The translations under genes were made by a program, and so were the position numbers. Below, piece by piece: positions 52,876-64,000 of a stretch of DNA of 64,000 nt; position 1 is the stretch's first letter; each line of letters starts with the position of its first letter. Source of the stretch: Rhizophagus irregularis (taxonomy: Eukaryota); contig NC_089433.1 in the NCBI RefSeq assembly GCF_026210795.1, positions 2,666,001-2,730,000 of the forward strand. Direction: 5' to 3'. A model generated the notes under the pieces. The model had not been told where the DNA came from. It did no database searches and worked only from the letters and a program-made list of their open reading frames with translations.

Positions 52876-54587
52876 TGAAAAATAAACTTTTTAAACTTTT
52901 AATCACCAATAATAAACAACGAAAGTTCAGTTGAGATTTTCTATTCGCATAACCCCTTAAATTTGAATGGTTATATATTATAAACCCATTTAAAGAAAGC
53001 CCCTTGTAAACGGTTGTGTAAATGGAAACATTTTACAAAAAATTTTCCATTTCTTTTAAATTAACAAATTTAGAATACAGTAGATTTTTAAAGTTTGATT
53101 ATAATTCTTATTAACTGTTTAAAATAATCTCAAACACTTATCCAGGTATAAACGATGGATTTGAAACTTTTGTGACTGGTAATCATTCTTTTTATGTATA
53201 AATTGTATTCATATCATAAGTTCGTACAATCGGTTTCTTTTAATAGAACAATTTAAAAAGATGCTGCGTCGAAAGTTGAAACGCGTCTTATGGCGCAGTA
53301 TCCAATACAAACATTTAAAGAATTGACTCAATTGAGATAATATTAATCATTATTTTACGCTTGATAAAAGAAGGAAGTATTACTTACTAACTGGTCCCAA
53401 TTTACCCAAATTCATAAGGTTGAATGGTACCAATATATCTTCATGCATCACTATAATTAGATATAGATTGATAAACAATGATTGATTATCTTAGCTGAAA
53501 GGTAATTTAGAGTTTATTTAATGGCATGATTCATGAATATGATAAATTCATTTGATGCATGTAACCATTAATTTATTAATAAAGCGAGATTTGACGGAAA
53601 AAAAAATTACTTTGATCGAAATTTTCTTTGAAACAACGAACTTTTTAAACGCCGAATTTTTAATGGTTTGATATAATGTAAGAAACCCTTTTTTATTATT
53701 CAAAATGACGCTTTTTTAGGATAAATGTAATCTTCAAAAGAATATCTATTTTATCTATTGTAGTACAAGGAGAATTGAAGCAACTTACATATATATATAT
53801 GTATAATGTATGGATGGATTTAATAGAATTAGAAATAGAAAAGCCGATAAATGAGCTCGCAAATATTAGAAACAATAATATGAACCTTTCATACAATTTC
53901 TTCTAAATCCTTTAAAAAGTGAAACAATTTATTTCAAAAAAAAAAAATAAAAATTCTTTTTTCTCTCCTTTAACAAATAATAATTGTTAATAAATTTTAA
54001 TTAATAAAAAATTTTGTTAATAACTATTGTACCCAAATATTATTACGTATTTCGGAAATTAAATTCCTATTAGCCGGAATTAATGGAACTAATTTGTCCA
54101 TTTACCGCAGTATTCACTTTTTTGTATATAAATACCAGTTTCTCCGACCCAATCAATTGAATAAATACAAAAAATCAAGTGTATCAGTAAATAAATTTTT
54201 AAGTGTAATACGTAATGTTGTAGATTGTGTTTGATATAAATAGTTTAAATTAATAAATCAAAAAAAAGTTTGTAGATCAATCTTTTTTGTTTATTTTTAT
54301 TTTTATTAATTAAAAAAAAAAGTTCGTGATTTTTATTTTTGGAATACCTTGATTACCTTCTCTTTTTTAACCTTCTTTAAAAAATCCTTTTTTTCTTGTT
54401 GTGTTGTACAAAATAATAAAGCCAAGACTTTATTGCTGAATACAATCCATTCACGTGATCCGGATTTGTATTATTATCATCATTATTTTATTTATTTTTG
54501 TTATTTTAATTATTTTTATTGGTTATTATTAATATTATTATCATTTTATTTTAACTTAAAAAAAAATTTCTCTTTCTTCTAAAAATA

Positions 54588-56177
54588 ATGCAAGTACAAA
54601 GAAGAAAATCATTTAAAACCAATCGATTATTTGACTTTGATCAGTTATTTCAAAATCGTCAAAGACGAAATGTTGAAATTAGACGTCAATTACGTGAAGA
54701 AATAATATCAAAACATCGAAATTTATCACCTTTAAAAGAAAAATCTTTCTCAAATGAACCAAAATTAATTGTTAGAAATTTAAAAATTGAAAATCTTTCC
54801 GAAATTGCTCAAGGAATTTATTCAAATCATGTTGAGAAACAATTGATTTCCATGAGAAAATTTAGAAAATTATTGGCTGAAGAACGTGTCCCACCAATAC
54901 AACAAATCATTGATACTGGTGTTATACCTAAATTTGTGGAATTTTTACAATCAAATAGTCAATTACTTAAAATTGAATCTTCTTGGGCTTTAACAAATAT
55001 TTTGGCAGGAAATATTGAACATATCAAAGTTGTTATCGATTCTGGTGCTTTACCAATTTTTGTTCAATTATTACAAAATGAAAATTCTAATGAAATTAAG
55101 GAACATGCTATTTGGGCTATAGGGAATATTTCTAGTGATGAAATGTTTTGTGATATGGTTTTTTGTTCTGGTGCTTTAGAATCTTTATTAAATATTTTAA
55201 ATCAAATTGATGAAAATTCTTCTTTAATTCCTACTTTGGCAAGGACAATATGTAACCTTTGTAGGGTTAAAGTATCTGAAGATGAATGGTATTGGTTATC
55301 TCTTGCTTTATCTAGAATGATTTATTCTGATGATGATGATGTTCTTTATTCTACTTGTTGGGCTTTATCTTATCTTTCTGATCGTGAAATAGATTGTAAT
55401 CAACAAAAACATTCAATCATTAATACTGGAATATGTCCTAGATTAGTTGAACTTATGATTCACAAAAATTTTAATGTACAATTTCCCGCTTTAAAGTGTG
55501 TCAAAAACATTTCTGCTGGTTCTCATGATCAAACTCAAGCTATCTTACATTGTCAAGCTTTAAAAATTTTAAGAGATTTACTCGTTAGTACGAAATGTAG
55601 TATTCGTAAAGAAGCTTGTTTAATCGTATCAACGATTGCGAAAAGAGCTGTAAATCAAATTCAAGCTATTGTAGATGCCGGAATAATTCCTTTATTAATT
55701 AATTTAATAAGAAATTCGGATTTCAAAACGAAAAAGGAAGCTATATGGGCTATTTGTAATATTATAAAATATAGTTATAGTCAACCAAATTCATTTCGTC
55801 AAATAATAAATTTGGGATGTATTCAACCTATGATTGATATGTTAGATTGCAAGGACACTGAAATTATTTTAACAATATTGGAAGTAATTCAAATAATTTT
55901 AAAATTTGGTGAATTCGCTAAAACTCCAAATAATAGAGATAATGAATATTCGTTATATATTGAAGAAATTGGTGGGAAAGAAAAGATTTATGATTTACAA
56001 TATCATAAAAAAGATGAAATTTATCATATAGCTTATGATATTATTGATAAATATTTTGGTGATGGTTTTGAAGAAGGATTCGAAGAGGTTAATAATTTTA
56101 CATTTCGACATAACAATAACAATAATAATAATCCTTTTACAGGATTTCAATTTTTTAAAACAACCTATTCCTTTTGA
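54588..56177 (+). CDS. Importin-alpha family protein, divergent and intronless
   Basis: IBB-like N-terminus, FRKLLAEERVPPIQQIIDTGVIPKFVEFL, SSWALTNI, AIWAIGNI, CWALSYLSD, DFKTKKEAIWAICN, IIDKYFG. Confidence 0.93.
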   Translation: MQVQRRKSFKTNRLFDFDQLFQNRQRRNVEIRRQLREEIISKHRNLSPLKEKSFSNEPKLIVRNLKIENLSEIAQGIYSNHVEKQLISMRKFRKLLAEERVPPIQQIIDTGVIPKFVEFLQSNSQLLKIESSWALTNILAGNIEHIKVVIDSGALPIFVQLLQNENSNEIKEHAIWAIGNISSDEMFCDMVFCSGALESLLNILNQIDENSSLIPTLARTICNLCRVKVSEDEWYWLSLALSRMIYSDDDDVLYSTCWALSYLSDREIDCNQQKHSIINTGICPRLVELMIHKNFNVQFPALKCVKNISAGSHDQTQAILHCQALKILRDLLVSTKCSIRKEACLIVSTIAKRAVNQIQAIVDAGIIPLLINLIRNSDFKTKKEAIWAICNIIKYSYSQPNSFRQIINLGCIQPMIDMLDCKDTEIILTILEVIQIILKFGEFAKTPNNRDNEYSLYIEEIGGKEKIYDLQYHKKDEIYHIAYDIIDKYFGDGFEEGFEEVNNFTFRHNNNNNNNPFTGFQFFKTTYSF

Positions 56178-56593
56178 TAGATGTCATTTTTAATGAATCT
56201 GATTCATATTACAAAATGGTGAAACTAGTCAAACTCCTAGTGGCATTTCTGTTGTTCCGAATCAATTTAATCAATAGGATTTTAGTTTTTATAAAGATTT
56301 TTTTTTTTAATTTTCTAATTGAAAAAAAACAAGCAAAAAAGGTATCTTCAACCTTAATGGGCTTAATCAAAATATCATTTCTGGCGTCTATATTGTTCTA
56401 ATTTAGTTAGTTTTGATTATGAAATATTCATATGTTCATTACCTATAAGAAGAAATAAATAATTACTGTAATAAAATAATATTTGGCGATAATCTTCTAA
56501 ATTATTTATGGCGATGAACGTGTCACAATTCAATTGATATTTATACTCTTTCTTCGTTATATTTTAATTTCATTTATCATAACATTAGCAATA

Positions 56594-59500
56594 ATGAGCG
56601 ATGTAATATCACTTACTAAAAGCCCTTCAAGTAAAAAAGGGTTTGTTTCTTTACTCGAGAAAACTAATTTAAGCGTGATACAGCCTAAAATGAAGAAGGA
56701 TTTGTATTATGCTGCAATTAAAGTTGGAGGAAATTTTGAATTTTCGCGGTAAGAAACAACATAATTTTTTTTAAATTATTTGTAATTATTGTATTTTCAT
56801 TTAATATTTGATATAAATTACGAGTCCATTAAGATAATATTATGGACTATTTTTTTTTTAATTTAGGAATTTAAAGGGTCATTTCTCATGTGTTAATGCG
56901 ATAAAGTGAGATTAATTCGGTCGAATGATTTCTCGTATTGACTTATTATTTCTAACTTTCTAACTTTTATATATCTTATTTATATAATAGTTTTAGTAAT
57001 GGTGACGCGCGATTATTAGTGTCTGGTGGCGACGGTAAATATTCTTCAAAATCATCTACGATTCCTTCGTGAAAATCGCGTTTTTATTAATTTAAACAGA
57101 GAAAATTGTTCATTGATCTTACAGATAGACGAGTATTGATTTGGGACGTACATGGTGATATTGAAAATACTAAACCTAAGAAGTGCTTCAAAGGTCATCA
57201 CGTATGTAATATAACAAAAAAAAATGAATCTATTTTTATCATTTATTATATTAAAATCTAAATATTAATAAATTCTTTAGGGTAATATATTTGGTACAGT
57301 TTTTGATTCTACGAATCGTCATGTTTTATCGTGAGTTATATACATTTCTTTTGTTTAATATTAATATGAATTTTTTTTCTACTTATTGAATCTCCTCTGT
57401 TTTTTTTTTAAAAAAAAAAAGTTGTGGAAATGATAAGTTAATAATTTATCATGATTTGGAACATGGTATGGTAAAATTTCTCGAATTTTAAGCAATTAAG
57501 TAATATGCTTTATATCGTAACTATTTTTTTTTTAAAAAAAAAGAAAGCGTTTCGAAGACATTTTTGGGACATGAAGATGCTGTGCATTCAATTGCCTTTG
57601 ATCCATTTAATGATAATTTATTCTTGTCCGCAAGGTAAGGCACGAAATAACTATAATTTTATTTATTTCATTTACTAATATACATATGTTTTTTATATCA
57701 ATTTGAATGTAGTCAAGATGGTGAGCACAGATTTTGTTAATTAAATGATGATTATCCAATGTCCGCTCAATTTTTTTTTATACGTTTATAGGTACAGTGA
57801 AGTTATGGGACATACGTTGTAATTTTCAGTGTCAAGGAGAAATTAAAGGTTTTGCACAAATGACGCATGCTCAATTCAGTCCCACCGTTGAGAAACAATT
57901 TGTTACTAGTAATGATGGTGGTGATATAATGTAAGTTATCTGTTATAAGGTTATCTTTTTTTTATTTTAATTTTATTTATTGATTAAATTAATAACAGAT
58001 TTTCTATAGTAATAAATGGCGTGAGATTTGCCTAACATCTCTAATTTATTTTTGTGTCTTTCATATAATAAATTTTTAGACTACGAGATACTAGAACGGC
58101 TTTTAAGTCTGGTGAACCTCTTTTGACTACTTCCTCATCTTCAAAAGACTTTTTATTAAAGGTAAAATGGCCTTTAATCTTTATTTTTTTAAAAAAATTC
58201 TTTCTCATTAACATTTATATTTTTTTATTATATAGTATGTTACTACTTTAACGCGTAATTCTAGAAATGTTAAACCTGACATATCTTCAGTAGCATTTAA
58301 TCCATCCGGAACTTTATTATGTGCTATTATAAACCATTATCGTCCAACATTATATAATGTTTTTGACGAGAAACCTTTATGTACTTTTTCATCAGATTAT
58401 GATTTCGAAACACAAATTGGATACAAAAATGACTGTACTTTTAAGGTATATTTATTTAATATGAGAAATATTTCCCTTAATAAGAATTAACTTATATTGT
58501 TATAGCAAGGTTATTTTGGTGGTCCGGATGGAGATTATTTCCTTTGTGGAAGGTAAGATACGGAAAGAAATATATATATATATGTATTTTTTATCTAACT
58601 AATTTTCCTTTTTATATATTTAGTGATGATTTTAGAGTTTATATATGGAAAGTTCCAGATATAGAAACTATGATTAATGAGCGATCGTTCACAAAAAATC
58701 TAGATGATTTAGATGATGAAATATGTGAGCTTTTGAATATTTATAGATGTGACATTTAAATATTTATGTTGACAAATAGATTTTCTTTCCTTTTTTAGAT
58801 TTTATTGATGACGATATGGTAATTGATCCATTGAATAATTCAACCCCACAATATGTGCTTAATGGTTTGTATGTTACTCAACATTTAAAAATGTTTTAAT
58901 TATTATTATAATTCTCTAATTATATAAATCATTAAATAGGTCATCGTTCAATCGTCAATTCGGCAATTTGGCATCCTCATGTTCCTTTGATATTTTCATC
59001 AGGTAAGTTTATAATAATTAAAATAAAAATAGCTTACAGTCTGATCTATAATATATCATGAATTTTTTTAGGTGTTGAAAAAATAATAAAGGTTCATTCC
59101 GCTTTTCCATTTTCAAATAAAGGTATGAAAGGTTTAATTGACAAAGTACTATGTATAAGGATTTTAAATTCATTCAAGTACTTCTATTTATAGATTGTGA
59201 ATCTAAAATTCCGCAACCGCCTAGGTCGAGGTTTAGACGTGGGGAGATTAGTTTTCGTGCAAATGAATATGAAGAAAATATGGAAGAAGATTTGTCAACA
59301 TTGAAATTTTTTGATTTAATGGTTTGTTATAAGAATTTAATAAAATGAATTGTAATATTTTTTTTTTAATTATATTTATTTTATAGCTTATGACCGAAGA
59401 GCATGAAGATTTTTATTGGGGAAATGATTCATTTGATGACTCTGATAATTCAACACTTTCATTATCTTCATATTTTTTTATGCGTGACGATGATGATGAT

Positions 59501-59867
59501 AACGACGACGACGATGATGATAAAGAGGACGAAGATGATGGAGAATCTGATGGTGAAGAAACTGATGATGATAGTGAAGGGTTACCATCTATGGGTGATT
59601 ATGAAAATTATGCATATTCGAGGTAAAAAGTTTTAAACAAAATTCTTTTAATTCTTTTAAATTATTAACAATTTTCATATATACAGTTCAGATTATGAAG
59701 AGACAACTGATAGAAATGATGTTTCTTTTGAATCAGATATGGATACTAGTGATACGGATAATAATATATACCAGTTATATAGGTCGTTTGCAATGTGTAG
59801 TGATGAATTAACTGATGATGATGATGATTATGACGATGACGAGATGAATATTGAAATTTTAATTTAA
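56594..59867 (+). CDS. DCAF5 (WDR22)-like WD40 protein with acidic tail
   Basis: LKGHFSCVNAI, LVSGGDDRRVLIW, CGSDDFRVYIWKVP, LNGHRSIVN, SSGVEKIIKV, EEDLSTLKFFD; about 19 short exons. Confidence 0.85.
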
Positions 59868-60040
59868 TTTATAAAACTATATATATATTAGTTTCTGTAA
59901 ATATTTTTTTGGGAGGAAAGAAAGGAGGTGCAAGAGTTTTTTTTTTTTAGTAATTACGAGGTTGTTCAATTAGGTGCATCATTTTTAATAATAAAATTAA
60001 ATTGTAAAAATTAAATTTAGCTAAATAATAATGTTAATTA

Positions 60041-60226
60041 CAGTTCACCCTCGCTATAGTGAAGCTCATAGGCTGAAGGTTAAGATTCACTATAGTAAGG
60101 GATTCACTATAGCGAAGGTGAACTGTATTAAGAATTATTATTTATATAGAAAATCCGTACCTGAGCTTTTCTTTACTATAGCAAATTATTCACTATATAA
60201 AAATTCACTATAGCGAGGGTGAACTG
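60041..60226. mobile_element. 186-bp pogo/Tigger-like MITE
   Basis: TIR CAGTTCACCCTCGCTATAGTGAA perfect at both ends, TA flanks, and a third TIR copy ending at 60125. Confidence 0.92.
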
Positions 60227-60881
60227 TATTTGTTTAAAATAATTTAACAAAGATTTTAGTCAATGTTATGTGACTGTAAAATCACATGCAAGCTTACATA
60301 TGCACATCCTAAATTTTGTTAAGATGCGGCGCAGATTCTTATAAATCTCTTGATGAGGGGAAGGGTCTCTCCATTACAATCTATACACAGCAAATAAAAC
60401 ATTTGTGTCAATACATTTTCAGGTTTTTATGAAACACTTTATTAAAAATTTAAAAATCTCTTTTAATAACATAATCATTACAAAAATTACAAATGATACC
60501 AGCATTCTCGTTAAATGAAATATTTAAAAAATTATTCATTTATGTTTCCCTTTTTTTGATAATGTAATGTATATATATACAATATTATAAATATATTATT
60601 TCATTAAAAAAAAGGAACCAAAATAATTATATAAAATAAATAAATAATATATATATATAAATTTTTATACAGAAGAAAAAAAAAGATATAAGATAACCAC
60701 CCAACAATCCAAACACCCACCAAGAACCCACCAAAAATCCAAAAATTGTAAAAAAAATATCAAAAGTAAAAAATAAAAAAAACAATAAATTACATACATA
60801 TATATATATATATAGCGGAGCGCTAATTTTTCTTTTGTTGGAAAAAAGGAATGTGCGTAAAAAAAATATATATACAAACAA

Positions 60882-63873
60882 TTATATATATCCTTCTTTA
60901 TAAGAAGATTCTTTTTCGTAACCGATTTGATCATTCTTAACATCTTCTTCATTATACTCTTCTTCGTTATACTGTTCGTTATATTCTTCTTCATTATACT
61001 GTTCGTTATATTCTTCTTCATTATACTGTTCGTTATATTCTTCTTCGTTATACTGTTCTTTATACTCTTCTTCGTTATACTGTTCGTTATATTCTTCTTC
61101 GTTATACTGTTCGTTATATTCTTCTTCGTTATATTGTTCATTATATCCTTCTTCTTTTATATATTCGTTTTTTGCTTTATCTTCATCTACATTCTCATCA
61201 TAATTATTAACAGTCTCATTATATCCTTCATTACCTTCGTACCCATCATATTCTTCATTATATGCATTTCCTTCAGCATATTCATCACCATATTCATCAC
61301 CATATTCATCGCCATATTCGTCACCACCATAACCTTCAGCATAATCTTCATAATCTTCATCATACTCAGCAACAGTTTCATATTGCGTAGGCAAAATGTT
61401 TGATAAATGAGCGAGCCTATTATTATCAAAATTATAACCTGATTCCACCATTCCATTCTCTGAATCGTATACTGTTAATCTCTTTGCCATTTCTTCTGTA
61501 TAATCTATTGGTATAGGAGCACTAATGTCTTTTGTGGATATACGTTTACGTCTTGTATTATGGTTATGATCACCTTCTAAATCACTATTATCAAAAGATT
61601 CAGAACGACGAGGTAAATTAGAATGTCTGTGCTTACTTTCAGCTTTACTTTCCCTTTTATTATTATTTGATTTTGCTCTCAACCAAGGTAAACTAAAAGT
61701 ACTAAAAGTGCTAGATTTTCTTCTTAATTTACGACCTCGTACTTGTTTATCATCCCAAATTTTTATGGTTTGTTCTTTCTCTTCAATCATTATCCATTCA
61801 CATTCATTATTTAATAAGTCTTGTCTAGGCTCAATAAAAACCCATTCACCCCAACGATTCGTAGCTTCATCAGCAGTGGTTTCAATCCAGATATAAGGAA
61901 ATATTTCATCAATCATTTGAATAGCCAAATGTGTTGTAACAGTAAAATCTTGTGCAGGATCTATAACATACCAATCTTCCCAATCTTCTTCCTCTTGCTC
62001 ATTTTCTTCAATTTTTCTAGCAATGGCATTAATAGAATCAGAAGACCTTTTCTTTAATGAACGTAAATTTATTACTCGCTTTTTATGACTTTTCTTTCCT
62101 CCCCCGTTAGTATTCACATTTTGATTATTGTTTTCTTCCTTTTTATGTAAAAATGTCTGAATTGAAGAATCCAAAGTAAGAACATCAGAAATATTATCTA
62201 TTGAACCTCTAAAACCTTTAGTAGTAAAATCATCCCAAGCAACAGTTTTTGGTCTCATAGCAATACCGGAATCATTTCTACCCAATACTTCTTGTTTATC
62301 ATCTTCATTTTTCTTAATATTTTGATCATTTTGATCATTATTCTTTTCTTCATTCTTTACTTTTTTGGGTGTTATAGGAGGCTCCAAATAAAAACTTTTA
62401 AAGCCTTTTCTAGAAAAATCTTTCCAATTTTTTTCAATTGGAGTACGAGGTATTTCTTCATTGTGTAATGTTTCAATATATTTTTCATCAAGAGAAAAAA
62501 ACAATTTAATATATTCATCAGATAATGATGCTATACCGTTCCTTTGAAATTCTTCCCACATTTTTTCCGCTAATTGTTGTTCTTCTGATGTCATCATAGT
62601 ACTCGTACGTACTATAGTACGTCTATTCAAATTATCCAACATTTCAGGTAATAATATACTAGCACATCTTGATTTACGTTCATTATTATTATTAGAAAAA
62701 CTATCAGTAGTAATATTTGGTGGTATAGTTCTAGTAACTCTTAGTATACTTATAGGTCTTTCAGGTATAGAAAAATGTACCATCGATCTTCTTTTTCCCG
62801 TTAAAGAACTTTTTCTACTTAGAATTGATTTTGTAGGTGATTCAAGACCATCCGCTGATTGAAAAATTTCACGTTCTTCTTGTTGAGATTTATCAACAAC
62901 ATTATTATCAACTTGTTGTTTATGTTGAAATTGATGATATACTGAAGGATCATTGATTGCTTTTTTTCTTAATTCAACATAATTGTCCAGCAATACAGTT
63001 AAATGAGGAGGTAATTCAATTTCAATAGATAATTCTCTTAAATAAGCCAAAAATAAATGCAAACAAGCATTAGAACATTTAATCCATTCTTTATAAGCAT
63101 CATCAAAATTATTAAAAATTTTTCTCTTTTCATCGTCATCATTACTATTATTACTACCTATTAAACAGAATGCTAAAGATTTGATGATTTTTTGAGCGTT
63201 CATAGTATTAATATCAGAATGTGTTGTTAAAGTAGGAGAGGATGAAGATGAAGATGATATAGATGATGATAATGTTGTTGTGGTAGTTATTTGTATACAA
63301 ACATCAAATAATTCTTTAACAATATCTCTATTTAAATTTGGTATAGAATTTAAAAAATAATTAGAAAATAGTCCTTTATGAACATCAAAATTAATCCCTT
63401 GCTCAAGTCTATCAAAAGATTCATAATTACTATAAGGTATAATTGTTTTATTACAATGTCGTAATGTCCATTTCATCGCAGAAACTATATTATTTAAATC
63501 TTGATTTTTGATTTCATCTTCAAATTCTGATATATTTTCATTTAATAAACAATTTAATAAATATTTTACTTCATCACCTCCATCACCAATGCGCGTTGGT
63601 TTAAATATATTAACTGAACTTAATCCTAATTAAGTTTAAAAAACAAAACAATTTTAACTAAACTGGTAATAATATACAAAAAAAAAAAAATTTTCCCTTA
63701 CCTCTTAAACGGATCTGTTCAGCACTTTTTTTAACAATCCAGTGAGTTTCTTCTATAGTAACATTATTACCAAACTCTTTTATTTCCGTAGTAGTTTTCT
63801 TGATTGAAACTTTATTACCATTATTATTTAAATGTGTTTTCTTTTTTAGTATATGTTTCGCTCCGCGTAACAT
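60882..63873 (-). CDS. Msb1/Mug8 (RhoGAP-like, DUF1708) domain protein with acidic Tyr-rich repeat tail
   Basis: EQIRLRGL (split by an intron at about 63626-63701), MKWTLRH, FDDAYKEWIKCSNACLHLFLAYLR; long second exon. Confidence 0.75.
60945..61155 (-). repeat. Coding tandem repeat, about 7 x 27 bp (YNEQYNEEE)
   Basis: Visible in both the DNA and the translation. Confidence 0.93.
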
Positions 63874-64000
63874 TATGTTTTTAATAAAATGGAAGTAAAA
63901 TCACGAGAGTGAGGAAAAAAAACTTTTGAACGAAATTTTGATTTTTATTTCATAAAAAAAAGAAAAGGAAGGAATAATGAATATATATATACTATATAAA

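Noticed and set aside
60945..61155. CRISPR-like appearance of the regular repeats (also 34752-34904)
   Set aside because: No unique spacers; these are in-frame coding tandem repeats in a eukaryotic gene.
1..64000. U12-type (minor) introns
   Set aside because: None of the donors I read matches RTATCCTT; the ATATCCTT hits are intergenic or intron-internal.

Overview
AT-rich, intron-rich eukaryotic DNA. Short GT-AG introns, the gene content and the TE types point to a fungus, most likely an arbuscular mycorrhizal Glomeromycotina species such as Rhizophagus (inferred, not verified). The window holds about 19 host genes. Housekeeping-type genes: Sls1-like (partial), RPF2, TSC13, RET3, mitochondrial bS21, UTR4, ICln/LOT5, RSA4, NNR2, SPE2, RPS7, APS3. 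Regulatory or divergent genes: a KDM3-type JmjC demethylase, a divergent Spt20-like gene, the KICSTOR subunit ITFG2, an intronless importin-alpha paralogue, DCAF5-like and Msb1/Mug8-like. Two further genes are unknown: a tail-anchored coiled-coil protein and a 141-aa orphan. Genes are packed in head-to-head and tail-to-tail pairs and interrupted by two TE islands (about 14.8-23.6 kb and 40.3-47.9 kb). The islands hold a complete hAT element with an 8-bp TSD, a decayed MULE transposase, and three non-autonomous elements with AGGACCC termini and exact 8-bp TSDs, one of which carries a nested hAT-like MITE. A TA-flanked pogo-like MITE lies at 60 kb. I found no single clearly novel multi-gene system. 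The best leads are the AGGACCC/8-bp-TSD element family with its shared palindromic module, the non-CpG C-to-T decay of repeats, and the divergent chromatin and transport paralogues. All exon structures were read by eye.
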